This document shows, piece after piece, positions 1-13,917 of a stretch of DNA of 64,000 nucleotides. A model generated the notes under the pieces. It searched no databases. It was not told the origin of the DNA and was given only the letters and a program-made list of their open reading frames with translations. This DNA is from Octopus sinensis. Its lineage: Eukaryota. Where the stretch lies: contig NC_042999.1 of the NCBI RefSeq assembly GCF_006345805.1, positions 121,520,001-121,584,000 of the forward strand, written 5' to 3'. The first letter of the stretch is position 1. Each line of letters starts with the position of its first letter. The translations under genes were made by a program, and so were the position numbers.

Positions 1-1030
1 TGGGTGCTAGCATAACGTAAACAGCCAAAATGTTTTGTGTATCAAGAAGTACTGTCTCAAAAGTAATGGCAGCCTTTGAGAAAAAGGGAAAAACCTCCTT
101 GTTGAAACTAAACTCTGGAAGAAAACCAAAACTTTCAGATAGGGACCGTCTGACTCTTACACAAATTGTTAGAAAGGATCACAAAAGTACAGCTCCCAAA
201 ATTACTACAGAGCTTAATGACCACCTCAAGCATCCAGTTTCCACAAAAACTGTTTGACGGGTGCTTCACAAAGCTGGATTTCTTGGGAGGGCTGCAATCA
301 GAAAGCCACTACTCCCAAAAACAAATGTTGCAAAGCATTTAGAGTGGAGTAAAAACCTACAGAATTGGTCCCTAGAAAGGTGGAAGAATGTTATTTTCTT
401 GGACAAGTTATTCTTTGCCTTATTCTCAACCACCAGCTGAGTATACGTGTGGAGACAGCCAAAAGAAGCATTTGACCCAGACTGCCGTCTTCCAACTGTT
501 AAACATGGAAGAGGATCTGTGATGATCTGGGGTGGGGGCTATATCTTGAAAATCCACTGGCTCAATGGTTTCCTTTCATGGCAGAATTAATAGTCAAGGC
601 TATTTAAGCATTTTATCTGATCAAATTCCTCCTATTGTTACGGAACTCTTTCCGGATGGAAACGCAATCTTTCAGGATGATAATGCACCAATTCACACAG
701 CTAAAGTTGCTACTGAATAGCCAAGAAACATTCTAGTGAAGTTGAACATCTTACCTGGCCATCACAGTTCCCAGATCTCAATATTATTGAACATTTATGA
801 TGCATTTTATGAAAACAAGTAAGGATTGCTATCCTTCACCATTATCACTACAAGAACTGGAGACTTAGCTGAAGAATGGACAAAAATTCCTTTTGAAACA
901 ATTCAAACTTTGTACGAGTCCATACCTCATAAAATTCAAGCTGTAATTACTACCAAAGGTTGTCCTACTCCATATTAAAATAAATTTGTTTGAAATTTTA
1001 AGTTGTTTCCATTATTTTGTCCAACCCCTG
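1..1030 (+). mobile_element. Tc1-family DNA transposon, defective; 5' part lies outside the window
   Basis: ORF 30-257 (..GRKPKLSDRDRLTL..TAPKITTELNDHLKHPVSTKTV) continues through stops and frameshifts into Tc1 motifs: RKPLL, PTVKHGRGSVMIWG, QDDNAPIHTAK (673-705), PDLNIIEH (771-794). Right TIR gtttccattattttgtccaacccctg (~1005-1030) is followed by TA (1031-1032). Confidence 0.93.
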
Positions 1031-4000
1031 TAAGTTAGAATACAGAGTATAGTGTGGCAAGCAGAGAAGAGTTAGAGATATGTATATCTTGTGTTTCAGT
1101 GATAAAGGCATATGATTTGCATATTAATAAATGTTAGGTGGGATCTGATTTGAAGTTCCCAGATAGTGTGTTGTTCAACTTATGAGAGAATATTGTGCAA
1201 ACCTGTTTCTTTGAAGTAGATGATGATTTTGCCTCTGTGCCATGAAAAGAAATTTCTATCAAGGGACTGCAAATGCCAGGAGTTTCAAAAGGTAGGGGAG
1301 AGTTTCTTATGTATTTTTCTACTTTTAAGACTGTAAGGAGCAGCTTGCTATTAGCTCATTTTCTAAGATGAGCTAATAGCTAATTATGATATGGATCCTT
1401 TTTTGGCTTGCACTAAGTTAGTTAAAATGGGCATGTGTCATGTCTATTTGAGAAATATTTATTATATAGGAAAATAATGACCTAAATATATATCCACGAT
1501 AAATGATACCAGAAACAATATGGTTTCAGATGTAGATATTTTCTGTGACTCTTTAGTTGTGTAGAAAATATAAATTGAATTAATGATGTAATTCAAATGA
1601 AATTATACTAATTATACTAATTAGAGAATTAGATATATATGATTTATATTTATCAATAAATTGATTTTGTAAATTTCACACTCCAAAGAAAATGAAAAAT
1701 GATGAAATGTCATCAAATATACTGTATTCAGCATAGTTGTACATCCATGCAAATGAGATGGTACAGCATATTTGTCCATTTGAATGGGTCTGTATAACGT
1801 GCATGTTCATTCAAGTGAGTATATATGATGCCCGTGCAAGTGAGTCTGTATAAGGTTTGCTCAGACAAGTGAATCTCTATGATGTATGTTACCATGCACA
1901 CTTAAGTGTATATGATGTGTGTTATATGAATGAGCCAGTGAGAGATATGTGCATAGATAAATCATGTTGTTAACAATATTTAATGAAAGTAAACTGGAAA
2001 GAACATTTGTATAACTCATTGTAAGAAGTTTTGTGAAAACTGGCTGCAGAAGATTGACTGTTGCTGTAGTTGTTTTAAAGAGGGAGTGTAATTGAAGTGG
2101 TTTTACCATTGTGATGGTTGTGGTTTGTGAAGGCTATAATCTGAGCTGATATTCAAAAAGCTGGCACTTCAGCTGTTGAGTAAAAATGTAACTTATGCTG
2201 AAATGGGTACTGCTTAGCTTGACTGTATCCCTAAAGCTGTCTCTATGACAGCTACTGTGGATATTCTCTCTAGCTACTAGATATGCTTGTTAATATAACC
2301 TGGTGCTAAATGCTGATTTGTTTTAAGAAAGGCCAACGTAGAGTTGCTGCTGCTTCAGCTAGTGCTATGTGCTTCCACTGTTGTAAAAAGATAAGTGTGC
2401 CCAAGGTATCTATTCAAAAGCAGTAACTCAAATTTGTGTATGTGAGTTCACTTTATTACCACATTACTAAGGTAGTCTTCCCTTTATCAGGAGAAATTCA
2501 ATACAGATGTAAGTGATTTCCAGCCTTTTCCTTTTTTTATTATTGGAGCACCAAAAGTGATGGATACCAGATTTGATACCACAACAAACAAAATATCTTT
2601 TAGATTCTTACTTTGAATTTCACTGCAGTCAACTTTGTCTTTCTTCCTACTAAAGTTAAGTGCCAGTCTAGTATTAAGAAATGATTTAATTTGCTGCTTT
2701 CGTTTTTGCCTATGATTTGTGGTCTTATATCAATGTTAAAAATATTACTACAACACCAAATTGCACCATGCTAAACTTACAAAATAACTTTTTGTATTTT
2801 TTCTGTAGATACAATTCGAGTCAAAATGATTTCTTCTCCAATTCTACTGTGAGCAGTCCCTAATATTTTTGATTTAAGTGCTTGATAGCAAACACATTAA
2901 CATTAATCTTACGTTAGCACTTCCACTCTGAATGTGACTCTCACTTCTTATCCACTTTCATGTTTGCTTTGTAAATCTAACTAAAAAAATAATAAAGATA
3001 CATACATAATTATCTTTCAAACTTAGTTTACTCATTGAGGTACAGAATGAAATTTAAATTTGATCATATTTTATTTGTTAGTAAAGAAATAAGAATGGAC
3101 AGTTCAAAACATTACTACATGTTTTTAAAAAGTGTGGTCATTTATTCAGCAATTCATAATAATTATGCAATGTTACATGGCTTCCCATTATTGTATAACC
3201 ACACAATTCCTTCAGACAATATTCAGCCTTTTGTTGGTGAAATCAGATCAAGCTATGGAGGTAAATGTATTTGTGAATATAATTATATTGAAGGCCAGAT
3301 TCATTTAAGAAAATGTAAGAAATACAGACTTTTCAAAGTAGGGAGCTGATAGACTTACAACCAAGGAAATCATCAGATTTGCAAAGATAGCAAAATTGGT
3401 GGATTCATACTGTTGCACTCTGTTTTGAATTTATTTATACAAAGTCTGAAACTAAAATATATTGGAATTATATGAATAGTTTTTGTAGTGATTTTGCTAT
3501 CACCACCTTTCCATTGTTGCTCTATGCATCAAATAGAAATAAAAAGTTCATTTCTGTGAATTAATCAGAGAGCTACTTGCTACCTTAACTAGTGATTGGG
3601 TTTCCCAACCTGAATAATTTTACCACACATACACATTCACACTTGTCATTTCTCACATTATTTATCCCTGCCTTTGTTGACCAGCATTGAGTCCACTAGC
3701 ACTATCTCTCCTTTCTGGTTGTCTCTTTCTCTTACTAGCTTGGTTTCTATAAAGCAATACAGACAAATACACAGAATCATTTCCTTTATGATTAGACTTA
3801 GAGTACTTATATTTCTTACTTACAAAAATTTGCAACATTTTTCAGTTTGATAAACTGCATACAGTCTATGAAATGATATGCACCTATTTTACACTGTAAG
3901 TAAAAATAACGTTTGAGGTAATGAACTGCTGTTCCCTGTAACTTTATGGAAATAACTTTAAATCTAATCTCTTTATATTCCTGCATATCCTATTGGGCCA

Positions 4001-4805
4001 TTGTGCTCAATATAATTTTAATTAGAAAAAGAATAAATTATTGATTTACAGTATTCAGCTTCTTCTGTCCCCTTTTTCCCATTTTCTCCCTTTAGATATC
4101 TATCATTAGATTAATTGTTGTTAAAAAATCATTTCTCTTTGTTATTGAAGATATATATTATTCACTGCTGTCATTGTAGAAGCATGGCAGTCATGTGAAT
4201 AATATATTGGATAGTTTGTATATTCTAAGTGGTAAGTTCAAATTTATTGCCATCATTTTGTTGTGTTTCTGGGCAGAATACATTGAAATGCATTGTTTTA
4301 ATTTGCCTTGATCACCTGGTGATCAGCATTTTATAGTGGTGGACATTTATTTTTTATCAGCATAACGAAATTATATTACATTTACATATTTATCACCAGT
4401 GTAGCAAAGAGACAGTACCAATGAGGAATCCTACCTGTGAAAAATCAGAAGCATAAACACTCTCTATAACATGCCATTGTTTTTTGAAGGACATTTAGAT
4501 TCCATAATGAATTCATATAAAAAGGCTACATAGGTCAAGGCTTGAATAACTTTGTTCATAGCTCTACTAGACTAGGGTTATAAGGGACTGAATAATAATA
4601 AATAAGCTGAGGGAGGGAGAGAGAGTGAGTAAAGATGGGACAGAGAAAAGGAGATAATGATAAACATGAATGAGATTCTTGACTTTGTAATGAAAGTATT
4701 TCTATCAATTTAATTTGTAGAAAACCATAGTTAAAAGATCTTGTATAAAATCTAGAAATAGATGCAATTATAAAAGCATTTTTTAATAAGCTAATGACAA
4801 CATTT

Positions 4806-5295
4806 TATACGGACACAGACCATTTGTCGGTAGCCAGCTGCAAAAGATGTTTACCTGGGGCTAAATGGTAGGACTACCACATTGTGTTGGTAAATATAAA
4901 TTACTGTACAGTACTGTTACTAAATAGTTCTCACTCAGAGACTTAAAACTAGTTGCTTTTCTCTTTACAAGATCACTGACTGTGTTTAAAAGTATATACT
5001 GTGAGCAAGGTTGAGTGGCTGCTATCTCTAACCAACAGTTGTCATGTACTGAGGAAAGGAAATAACCCAGAAACCATTGGTCTACAGGTATCACTAAGGC
5101 TAGAAAGGGAGCAATAAACTCCCTTGCTCACAATATACGGACCCAGACCATGTTTCGGTATCCATCTGGAAAAGATATTTTCCTGGGGCTAAAAAGTAGT
5201 AACATTGTCCTGTGTAGGACTGCTGCATTTTGTTGGCAAATAGACTTTACTGTACAGTACTGTTGCTACATAGTTCTCGCTCAGAGATTTAAAAC
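4806..5295. repeat. Diverged direct duplication of a ~144-bp unit (4806-4949 and 5134-5295)
   Basis: Manual alignment gives 22 mismatches in 144 colinear bp plus one 18-nt insertion in copy 2; both copies contain tactgtacagtactgtt. Confidence 0.85.
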
Positions 5296-8200
5296 CGTTT
5301 TATTTATTCTATTTCAAGTTAATTCGTGTTTTTGTTGACAGATGACTCTGAATAGGAAGGTGGAAGAAGTTGTTGTTCAGCACCAAGTCAGTACTGATTC
5401 CGCTGACCTATCCAATTTGTCATTTCATTGTTTCAGACAGTAGAGTGTTGTTTGAGAGATTTGGCAACTATTTCTAATCTCTGAAGGATTGCAGAGACTG
5501 AGCATGACCTCTTCTTCTAGATAAACCATCAAAAGAAAGAAGAAATAAAATATTTATTAATCATTATGCATCCTTACGTTTAGTAGCATAATGTCAGTGC
5601 TGAAATTAGATGTACTAAATATTATATGCAAAACTGTAATATTGCTTTATAAAGAAATTGACAATAGAATTAATGCGTAATATGTTTTATTTATAATCAT
5701 TCTATTGTTTTATACCACAGTCATAAAGAGCTGCATACTGTGCTGAATAATTTATCAAAAACTGATATTGTCATTAATCTTAAAAGGATACATTCAAACA
5801 TTTAAAAAAAATTATGAACTAAAATCATAATTTATACTAAAAGGAATTAAACTGCTTCTTCCATTCTTCATGGCATTTTGAACTTACCTAGCTCTTTTAA
5901 CTCAGATGATCAATATTTTGAAATTTTGTTGTTGAATAGAGTATAGGTTAAAGATCATCTTGTATCTTATTGATATGATAGTTGAAGGTCATATATGATG
6001 ACTGAAGGTCCCATATAACACTTTTTTTTGTCTTAGTGGACAAGTGATATATTTGTGTTAGTGAAGTATTTTCAACAATAAACTCATCACATATATCTGA
6101 GGGAAACATTATTTCAGATTTTATGGGAAATAACTTAATGTAGTGATCATTTTCTCTGTATATTAATGTTGTTAAAGTACATTGAAAGTGTCAGGAATTG
6201 GTTAGAGATGTAAAGTGCTTAAGTGGAAATTTAGATAAAGACTTTCAAAGTAAGATATAAAATATTAAATATAAATTTTGAAGTGTACAGGACCAAGTGC
6301 AGAACATTAGAAGTTCTAATCATACCATGTTAGGAATATGTTTTCAAACTTCTATAGCAGAAATTAGAAATATTTTCCTCTATACTGTCTCTTATTCACT
6401 TTGCATACATGAATTATATTTTCACATGGAACTCAATGTAGAACAGAGGCAGGATGTTGAGAAAATCAATAATGCAAAGAAAGCAGGAAAATTGTGTTTA
6501 ATTGAATTATTGGCTATTTTAATTTTATGAAATAAATATTTGTGTCTTTGGGAGTTTCTTTTATGTTTCAGTATCTTAAAAATGCATTTTTAAATTTATT
6601 ATTTAAAATTATTTTGCACTTGTATCACAGTAATACGTAAAAATAATTCTCTAAAAATATATATTTAAAAGATTTTCACTGCAAAAGCATGTATTTCTTA
6701 ATTCTTGTAATTTCCTCTGTCTAATCAATTTGTGGTCTAAATATCACTACTAAAAACAAATCAGGAAATAAATTTTCTCAAAAATTCAATCTTACAAGGG
6801 TGATTATCTATTAACACAATCCCCAATTGGTTTTGTTTTAACATCTAGATTGAAAACTGAGAATCATCTTCCTTTACCCTACCAGTAACTTTTAAATGTA
6901 TTGATTGTATAGAAATTGTAAAGGTGAAATTGCAAAATGGATATTTTATTGGGTTACCATTATGAATTAATATTTACTGAATGTGTTTTGTAGTGTTTTT
7001 AAGAAAGGCACATTGTTCTTTACCTCAGTTCATCTACCTCTTAGGAATACATACAATTTCAAGATCATATCCAAACTCAGTGAAGCTGTTCACCTATTGA
7101 TACTCTCTTCTTATTGAGAAAGATTAGACAGTTGTCTCTACTTCACTAAGACTGCATAATAGAGTTAGTATTCTTTTCTGTTTGAACAGTTGTTAACCTT
7201 TTACAAGGCAAAAGTTTATGGCCACCTTCTGCATGATATATAAAGCTTTCACTTACTGATACTTTGATCACCATTGTGATGCTTTCTTTCTCTGCTTTCA
7301 ATCATTATTACAATGGTGTCTGCTTCTTAGAACTAACCTCCTCTCTATCAACCTGGCCAAAACACATTTGTACCCTTTATTTTTATCCTTCCTTTTTTCT
7401 TTATTCTCCTCTTGTCTCACCCTACCCAGTTCTTAGATCTATTCCTTCTGAAACTTCTTCCTTGCTCACAGTTTCCTCCAGCTGTCTGGCCACTGAAGTT
7501 CAAACAAAATAGTGAATTCATCATGAAAGTCCCTAAAGCTAAAGACCTACCAATGTTAAAACTATCTTCTATTCTTGCAATTCCTGGAAGGGCTACAGGT
7601 GCTACATTTCTGAAACTAAATGATAAAAAGGATTCTGTATTTATTCAAATATAAAATGTTTACTTGCTAAGCTACATGCATTAATAAAATGTTGCTTTTA
7701 TTAATACAAAGTCATCCACTTAAAAAGATACTTGGTAGTTACAGCTATGTGATTTGTTTCTAAGCTACGCATACTTATCTCAGCACATCTAGATCACAAC
7801 AAGCATCTGTCCTGTTTTAAGATAAATATTTATCTCTAGATGAGACATTCTGCTTTATAAAATTCATCTAATTAATGGGCATTTATGTAAAATACCAATA
7901 AAACCATCTTTTTCATAATATTTAGAAAAAAATTATCTCGTTTTTTAATTACATCATGTGGCCATATGTACCCACAAAATGTTATTCTCTAAGTACTCCA
8001 CAAATGATTAACTTTGTGATTAACTGAGTTAATCATAATTCACATAATTATTCTAAAATGACTATTCACCAAATCATGAATTTAACACCTGAGCAAACTT
8101 TACCATCTTTTCAGTCACATGAATTATTGGTTTGCTTTTTTTTTCTGTAAATTTTTGTATTCATTTAGCTAACACATTATGTTTTGTATATATTTGATAT

Positions 8201-9629
8201 ATGAAATTGTTATATTCATCTGATGTTAGCCAAAAAACTTATTTGAGCATTTGGTTAAGTTTTCATCTCATAACTAATATATATATTCTTTTTTTTTATC
8301 TATCTAGGGAGCTAATACATTCTTGATATTTGCATACATACATATGCATATATGCACACATACATATACACACATACGTATGCATACGTATGTCTGACAT
8401 TTTAAATTATCCCAAACTTCGCTAATCAAAATTATTTCAATATTTTGATTAGTGTTTTATGATAAATGTTTGCATATCGTTTATGGTTTTCTAATGTGTT
8501 TGCTATATTAAATGAATCATAATGACATCTTGTCTTTATATGAATCAACAACACTCTGAAACTGTCTAAAAATGGCTTGAAATAATATTTTTGAGCCTAT
8601 TGATGTTCTCTCTACAGTGGAAAATATTTGCATTCTATTTCATTAGATTTTTTAATCTTTTTATAACATAACTATGCAGAATAGTTTTGTTATCTGCTTT
8701 GTCCAACGTTTATTTATATGCCACTTCCCCTAAATAGTTCTTTTAACAAATAATATAATCACTGAATTGTTTCACTACAACATTCATATATTGTATGATG
8801 CACACATTTTTCTATAAAAATCTGTTTTTTACATGCACACATTCTCTTATAAAATGTATAATAGATATGTCAGTTAAATATTTATTATTTGTTGATTTAT
8901 TTTATAAATGGTTGTTTTGGAAATCTATTATGTGTAATTGTTTAGAGCTTATAAAAAAGCAAATTCCTTTTTCAATTTATGCAAGTTTCACTTAAGTGTT
9001 TTTTTCCATTTATTTTATTTCTTAATGCTAATTAAATTATAAATTAAAAATACAAAGTTTCAGTTAATCTTTTTGTATTTAACTTATACGTTAGCTATTG
9101 CTCTAAAAAATGTTTCTTAGTCTTTGTCTACTATTTTTATATAGGAACAAATGGTAGCCTATAGCTAGTTTAACCCTTTAGCATTCAGATTACTCCATCT
9201 AATTTAATGTTTATTCAATTTTTAAAAAAATTAAACATGCATTATCATGAAGCTTATAAATTCCAATTATGTGGTTGCATACTTTTAGAATGACATTGTA
9301 GGGTAGATCTGAGATGCCACATCTGGTCAGTTTGAACATAAAACAAGTAGAATATTTAGGCTGGATATGACCAGTTTAAATGCTAAAGAGTTAAAGAAAA
9401 ATGCTAGCTTGTCCAGCTAGGTGTGTATAAGTTTGAATCAGTTCAATTTATTTGCATTCTATTTAAATTTAATGAAAATTAGATTGCAGCCAAAGCTGTA
9501 GAAACATCAAAACATAAAAACAGCAAAACACTGTACATATCAAATGAAAATACATTTAAACATCATAATTATACAAAAATAAAATAATAACATGATTTTA
9601 TTGTTTTATCCATACATGTATTAGTCCTA

Positions 9630-9800
9630 TATTGGTGTTCAGATGTGTGTCAGCTCCTGAGAAAAAAAAATTGCTCTTGAACCTTGTCATGAAGGTATGA
9701 ATTCTTCTGTAATATTTAAATGATGGCAGGAAGGTGAACCACTGTCTGAGCTGTTGCTTGGTGATTTTCATTGATAGAAGTTGGATAACAATGATCTTTG
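9630..9800 (-). mobile_element. Probable Rex1/Babar-type LINE 3' end remnant
   Basis: Minus-strand translation QWFTFLPSFKYYRRIHTFMTRFKSNFF resembles the Rex1/Babar C-terminal motif (LFxLLPSGRRYRSIxTRTxRxxNSFFP), recalled from memory. Confidence 0.5.
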
Positions 9801-10999
9801 GTGAATCTTATTTTTTGTTTTCCCTATGTTAACTGCATTTCCTTTTTGATCAGACAGGAATAAATTAGTAATGCTGTATGTGTTGAAAACTACATGGAAT
9901 TAGTAAGAATCAAAACAGAAGTTTTGAAAATAAATTGCTAGATGAGAGCAAATTGCTTTACATCAGAAATTGGGAATAACTAAATGGAGAATAATGGTTT
10001 TCCTTAGTAACATAGCTCGGTTTTAATGTTTGGGTGAGCAAACATATAAAAAAAGTGCCATGACACATACCAAAAAATTCTAGACTCACTTTTGTGTGAT
10101 GTGTGTGTTTAAAACTCACTAAAACACAAAGCACAAGAAAAATGCAATATTTAATGATAATGATATACAGAAAATATTCATTTTGCATTTAAAATTAAAA
10201 CACTTAAAAAATATTTTACATAAACTCAAAATTTTAAAACATAATATAATCCGCTGCATTATTTGATTATTTTTAAAGATAAAATGAAAACAAACAATGT
10301 GAAGAATATATAAAGGAACTACAAGAATCTCTTTCACCTAGGTTTCATTTTAACAAAGTTATCTATTTGTTATAAAACTCTTCAGCAGCTAAGTCTCTTT
10401 CAACAAGCAGAGAGCAAAGTTAATCCTGGCAATCTACTGTTGCCCATTGTGGAATGAAGCACTTTGTGTCTTAGCTGATTAAAGGATCACTCTACAACTG
10501 TGCTAGATACTAGTAAGGTGAAAACAATGTGATACACAGTAGACAAGTTAGGATAAATGGAACATATGACATTGAGGATCATGAATTGACAGTAATTTTC
10601 TTAATGCTTGAATTTGTCTTACTGCTGGTACTCTTTATTTCTTTGTATATGTCTTCAAATAACCAAAATTCTTGCTTGATTTTAGTTTGTGGAAGCCCTC
10701 TGAGCACATGTCACCTAAAAATTTTAACATGTTTACATTATCTGTGTTGTCAAAATGTTTTGGATTTAGTGCAGTAAATCTGGAATCCATATTTTTAAAA
10801 TGCTCAAATACATTACCACCTGTTGTTCATATTAGATTCAGCCATGAATTTCCTTCAAGCTTCAAATATTCTTTAATCTTCTTCTATTTAATCATAGAAT
10901 ACTTCTATGACTTCTAATGTTCTCCTACTGTTTTTTGAAACGTTATTTTAGTTGAGATTGAATCAAGACCCTTCAAGTGATTTTATTTCCTTGAACTCT

Positions 11000-11620
11000 G
11001 ATGTATACTACCCAGCCATGAAGACAACCAAAAGAACTTGCATTGTGGGTCTGTTTCAAACAAGTCCCTTTCTACTATTCTCTGTTTAACAGCTTATAGT
11101 ATACTTTTTCAGATCCAGTTATCTTCTCATTGCCCATAGCACATTAATCTCTTCTCAACTGTATGTGACAGATGTTTCATCATTCTTGTTTTTTTATGAC
11201 CTTTGGTTCCAAGCTGACCTAATAGTTGGCTCATGGAGACTGCAACCAACCTTCTTGCACTAATTTCCTCTGCCTGTACAGTGCAATGATTCCCCCTCTT
11301 TTGTCAGCTCTTTCACAAGCTCCTCATATCTCTTCATCATATACTGGTATTGTTCATCTGCTTGACTTTTAGAAGGGACTGTCAGCTCAACAAAGATGAT
11401 TCTGGCACCTGATTTCAAGTATAGGACAATATCTGGTCTTCTTCATTTCATGCTGATGAAATCTGGATAGTTTTGGCATCAGTCTGAGAGGTATGCAGAT
11501 ATTTCCAATTCTCCTTCTAGTCCAAATAGATTTTATCTGAGCACACCTTTATACCTGAGTATTTCTTGGATCCAGTTTCTCCTTCTCCTTCCTTTCTCTT
11601 TCAAACATCAAGTTCACCTT
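11000..11620 (-). mobile_element. Hero-like non-LTR retrotransposon remnant: restriction-like endonuclease (RLE) domain plus 3' UTR
   Basis: Minus-strand translation RRPDIVLYLKSGARIIFVELTVPS..YQYMMKRYEELVKELTKEG..EEISARRLVAVSMSQLLGQLG matches the PD..(D/E)..K RLE domain (RPDIV at 11424-11439; Hero-type IELTVP); degenerate, with stops. Confidence 0.8.
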
Positions 11621-13701
11621 GTCCCCTGATTGAATGAGTTATCTCATATTAGTATTTTTGGCAAACCCCTAGTCCTTAAGTTGAAAATGTTCTAGCGAAT
11701 CTTTCAAGAATTTCGTCTCTGGAGCAATTTGCATTCTCTGAGTACTGTCTTTATCACCTGGACTGAAAATAAGAAGCAAGTCTTCAAAAGGTTCCTCCTC
11801 AGGTGTAGCAGAGGTTTTGTGCTAACCAAATGAAAAGTACAAATTTAATCTCTGACATTTTGATGTTTCTCTTCTTGATTTGTAACTTTTGTCATCCTTT
11901 CTCTGTCCCAGCCAGTTAGTTACTACATTTTAGTAATTTTATCAATGACATTACTAAGAATGATAGTATCAGCATGTGAGAAGCATATTTCATAATTAGA
12001 TTTGGTGCAGTGATCCTTGATTTCACTTTGACTTTCAGTTACCAGCAAATGAACTGACCAAAAATGCACTCATTGTCATTTATTTCATATTACAGAAAAT
12101 ATATCTTTACTTATATTACATTTAGTAAATATTGGTAGGTTAAAAAATTATTGATAAAAATAATGTGAAAAAAGACTGAAAGACATAATGCTTATTAATA
12201 CAAAGCCATCTATAAATATGCAAAGAAAACATAGAGAAAAGTAATACATGCATGTATGTATCTACCTGTGCAAACTCAAAAATATTTTGTTAACTGATCA
12301 AAGTTTTTTTTTATCAGCAACAATGATCTAATATTGTGTATAATCCATAGGAACAAAGGTATATATGTAAAACAAGACAAAATAATATTGATTACAATAG
12401 AATATCTTCCAGAGTATAAACAATATATACAGTCAAATTAGCAGTGAAATAACACAGTTTTATACTATGGGAACATATAAAAATCCTTGGAAAGAATTAA
12501 GAGGTTTTAAATATAATGAGAGTGCCAGAAATAGCAATGGAAATTTGTATTTAAATTGAACTATAGCGTGTTCAAGTTCTCTGATACTGGTAGTTTCTCT
12601 CTTTGGCTGAACAATCTTTCAGTTAGTGAGTGCTGGATCTGTTAGTCTCTCTGGTGCTAATGCAGAATCTGCTGGAGCTTATTTCAGCATGCAGTTAAAG
12701 TGATTGAGAGAAAGGTATAAATGTAATATAGATATATTGAAGCTAATCTCAACATGTGGTCAAAGCATATGAAAATGAGAGAGGATTAGAGACTGAGTGA
12801 GAAATAGATAGAGAGAGAGAGGAGCAAGAAAAAAGAGTGCAGAGAGAGAGAGAAGCATTTTTGTTACTGGCCAAGTGAACTTTAATATCCTTATATAATA
12901 TAGTAGAATAATATAAGTGCTTTAGGGTCATGTAATATTAGTGAAAAACTGAAAGTGCTTTGGGTTTATATAATTTCTAATTTCTGATTGATCAGTAATC
13001 TGAACAAGTGAATCAATGATCACACCATGAACATGTGCTTAACAGGCACAGAAAAAAGTACTAAAAACAATCAGCTTGAGGGAAGTGAATCAACAAGGGC
13101 CAGGTTCACATTTTTGCTTGGTGAACTGCTATATATACATACATAACTGTATAGTCATTAATTTCATTTTTGCAATATATCAAACTTAAAATTACTGGGA
13201 TTGTGGTTTGTGATGTAAGAAAGATGAAACTCTATGGGATCGTCCAAGGAGGTTACAGTATGGTTTGTTTGATTCCCCAGATATCAGTAGCCACCAATGC
13301 AACAAAGTAGACTAGACAGTTCAAAACACTGGAAAGTTAATCAAATAAAGTAATGAGTTTAGAAAATTCTTCTGTAACTCAGGTCTTGCAATAAAAACAA
13401 TGAGTTTTGACTTTTATCCAATAACTAAACTAAAGAATTAAAGCAATTTTTGAAAAGAAACCACTTTCAAAAAATGTACTCTTGAGAAACGTTTGCTCTC
13501 TTGCTCACTTTTGAGCTATGCTACTGTTTTACTGTCTGCTTTTAACTTGGAAGAAATAGCTGTATAAATACTCAGATTAACAGGTAATATCCCGACAAAT
13601 GTTTATTTATTCAACTATGCAAACATACTATAGAATAATATATTTTTTGAACTTGAGTCCGAAAAGTAAATAGCAGAATGTGAAATTAAGAGCCTAATAT
13701 T

Positions 13702-13917
13702 GGCTTCAAATTTTGGCACAAGGCTAGCAATTTCGGAGCAAGGAAAAGGTTGATTACATCGACTTCAATGCTCAACTGGTACTTAATTTATCAACTCCAA
13801 AAGGATGAAAGGCAAAGTTGACCTTGGCAGAATTTAAACTCAGAATGTAAAGACAGATGAAGTGATGCTAAGTATTTATGCCTGACATGCTAATGATTTT
13901 GCTTGCTCACCGTCTTA
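13702..13917 (-). mobile_element. tRNA-derived SINE, family A (older copy)
   Basis: Colinear with the 25030-25277 copy (gattacatcgac..caactggtactt..aaggatgaaaggcaaagt..gaatttaaactcagaatgtaa). Confidence 0.88.

Noticed and set aside
3035-3349. 104-aa ORF and other 60-120 aa ORFs in AT-rich DNA
   Set aside because: Low-complexity F/I/L/Y/K-rich translations with no domain motifs, many starting at non-ATG codons; expected by chance.
5888-6096. Minus-strand 209-nt exon candidate with strong acceptor and AG|GTAAGT donor
   Set aside because: The longest frame (ICDEFIVENTSL..) hits a stop before the donor and the peptide is unrecognisable.
8372-8393. 22-bp perfect palindrome acatacgtatgcatacgtatgt
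   Set aside because: Trivial consequence of an alternating purine-pyrimidine microsatellite.
13230-13256. LYGIVQGGY, resembling the tRNA-guanine transglycosylase GIVQGG motif
   Set aside because: Nine residues only, no acceptor upstream and no flanking similarity; chance match.
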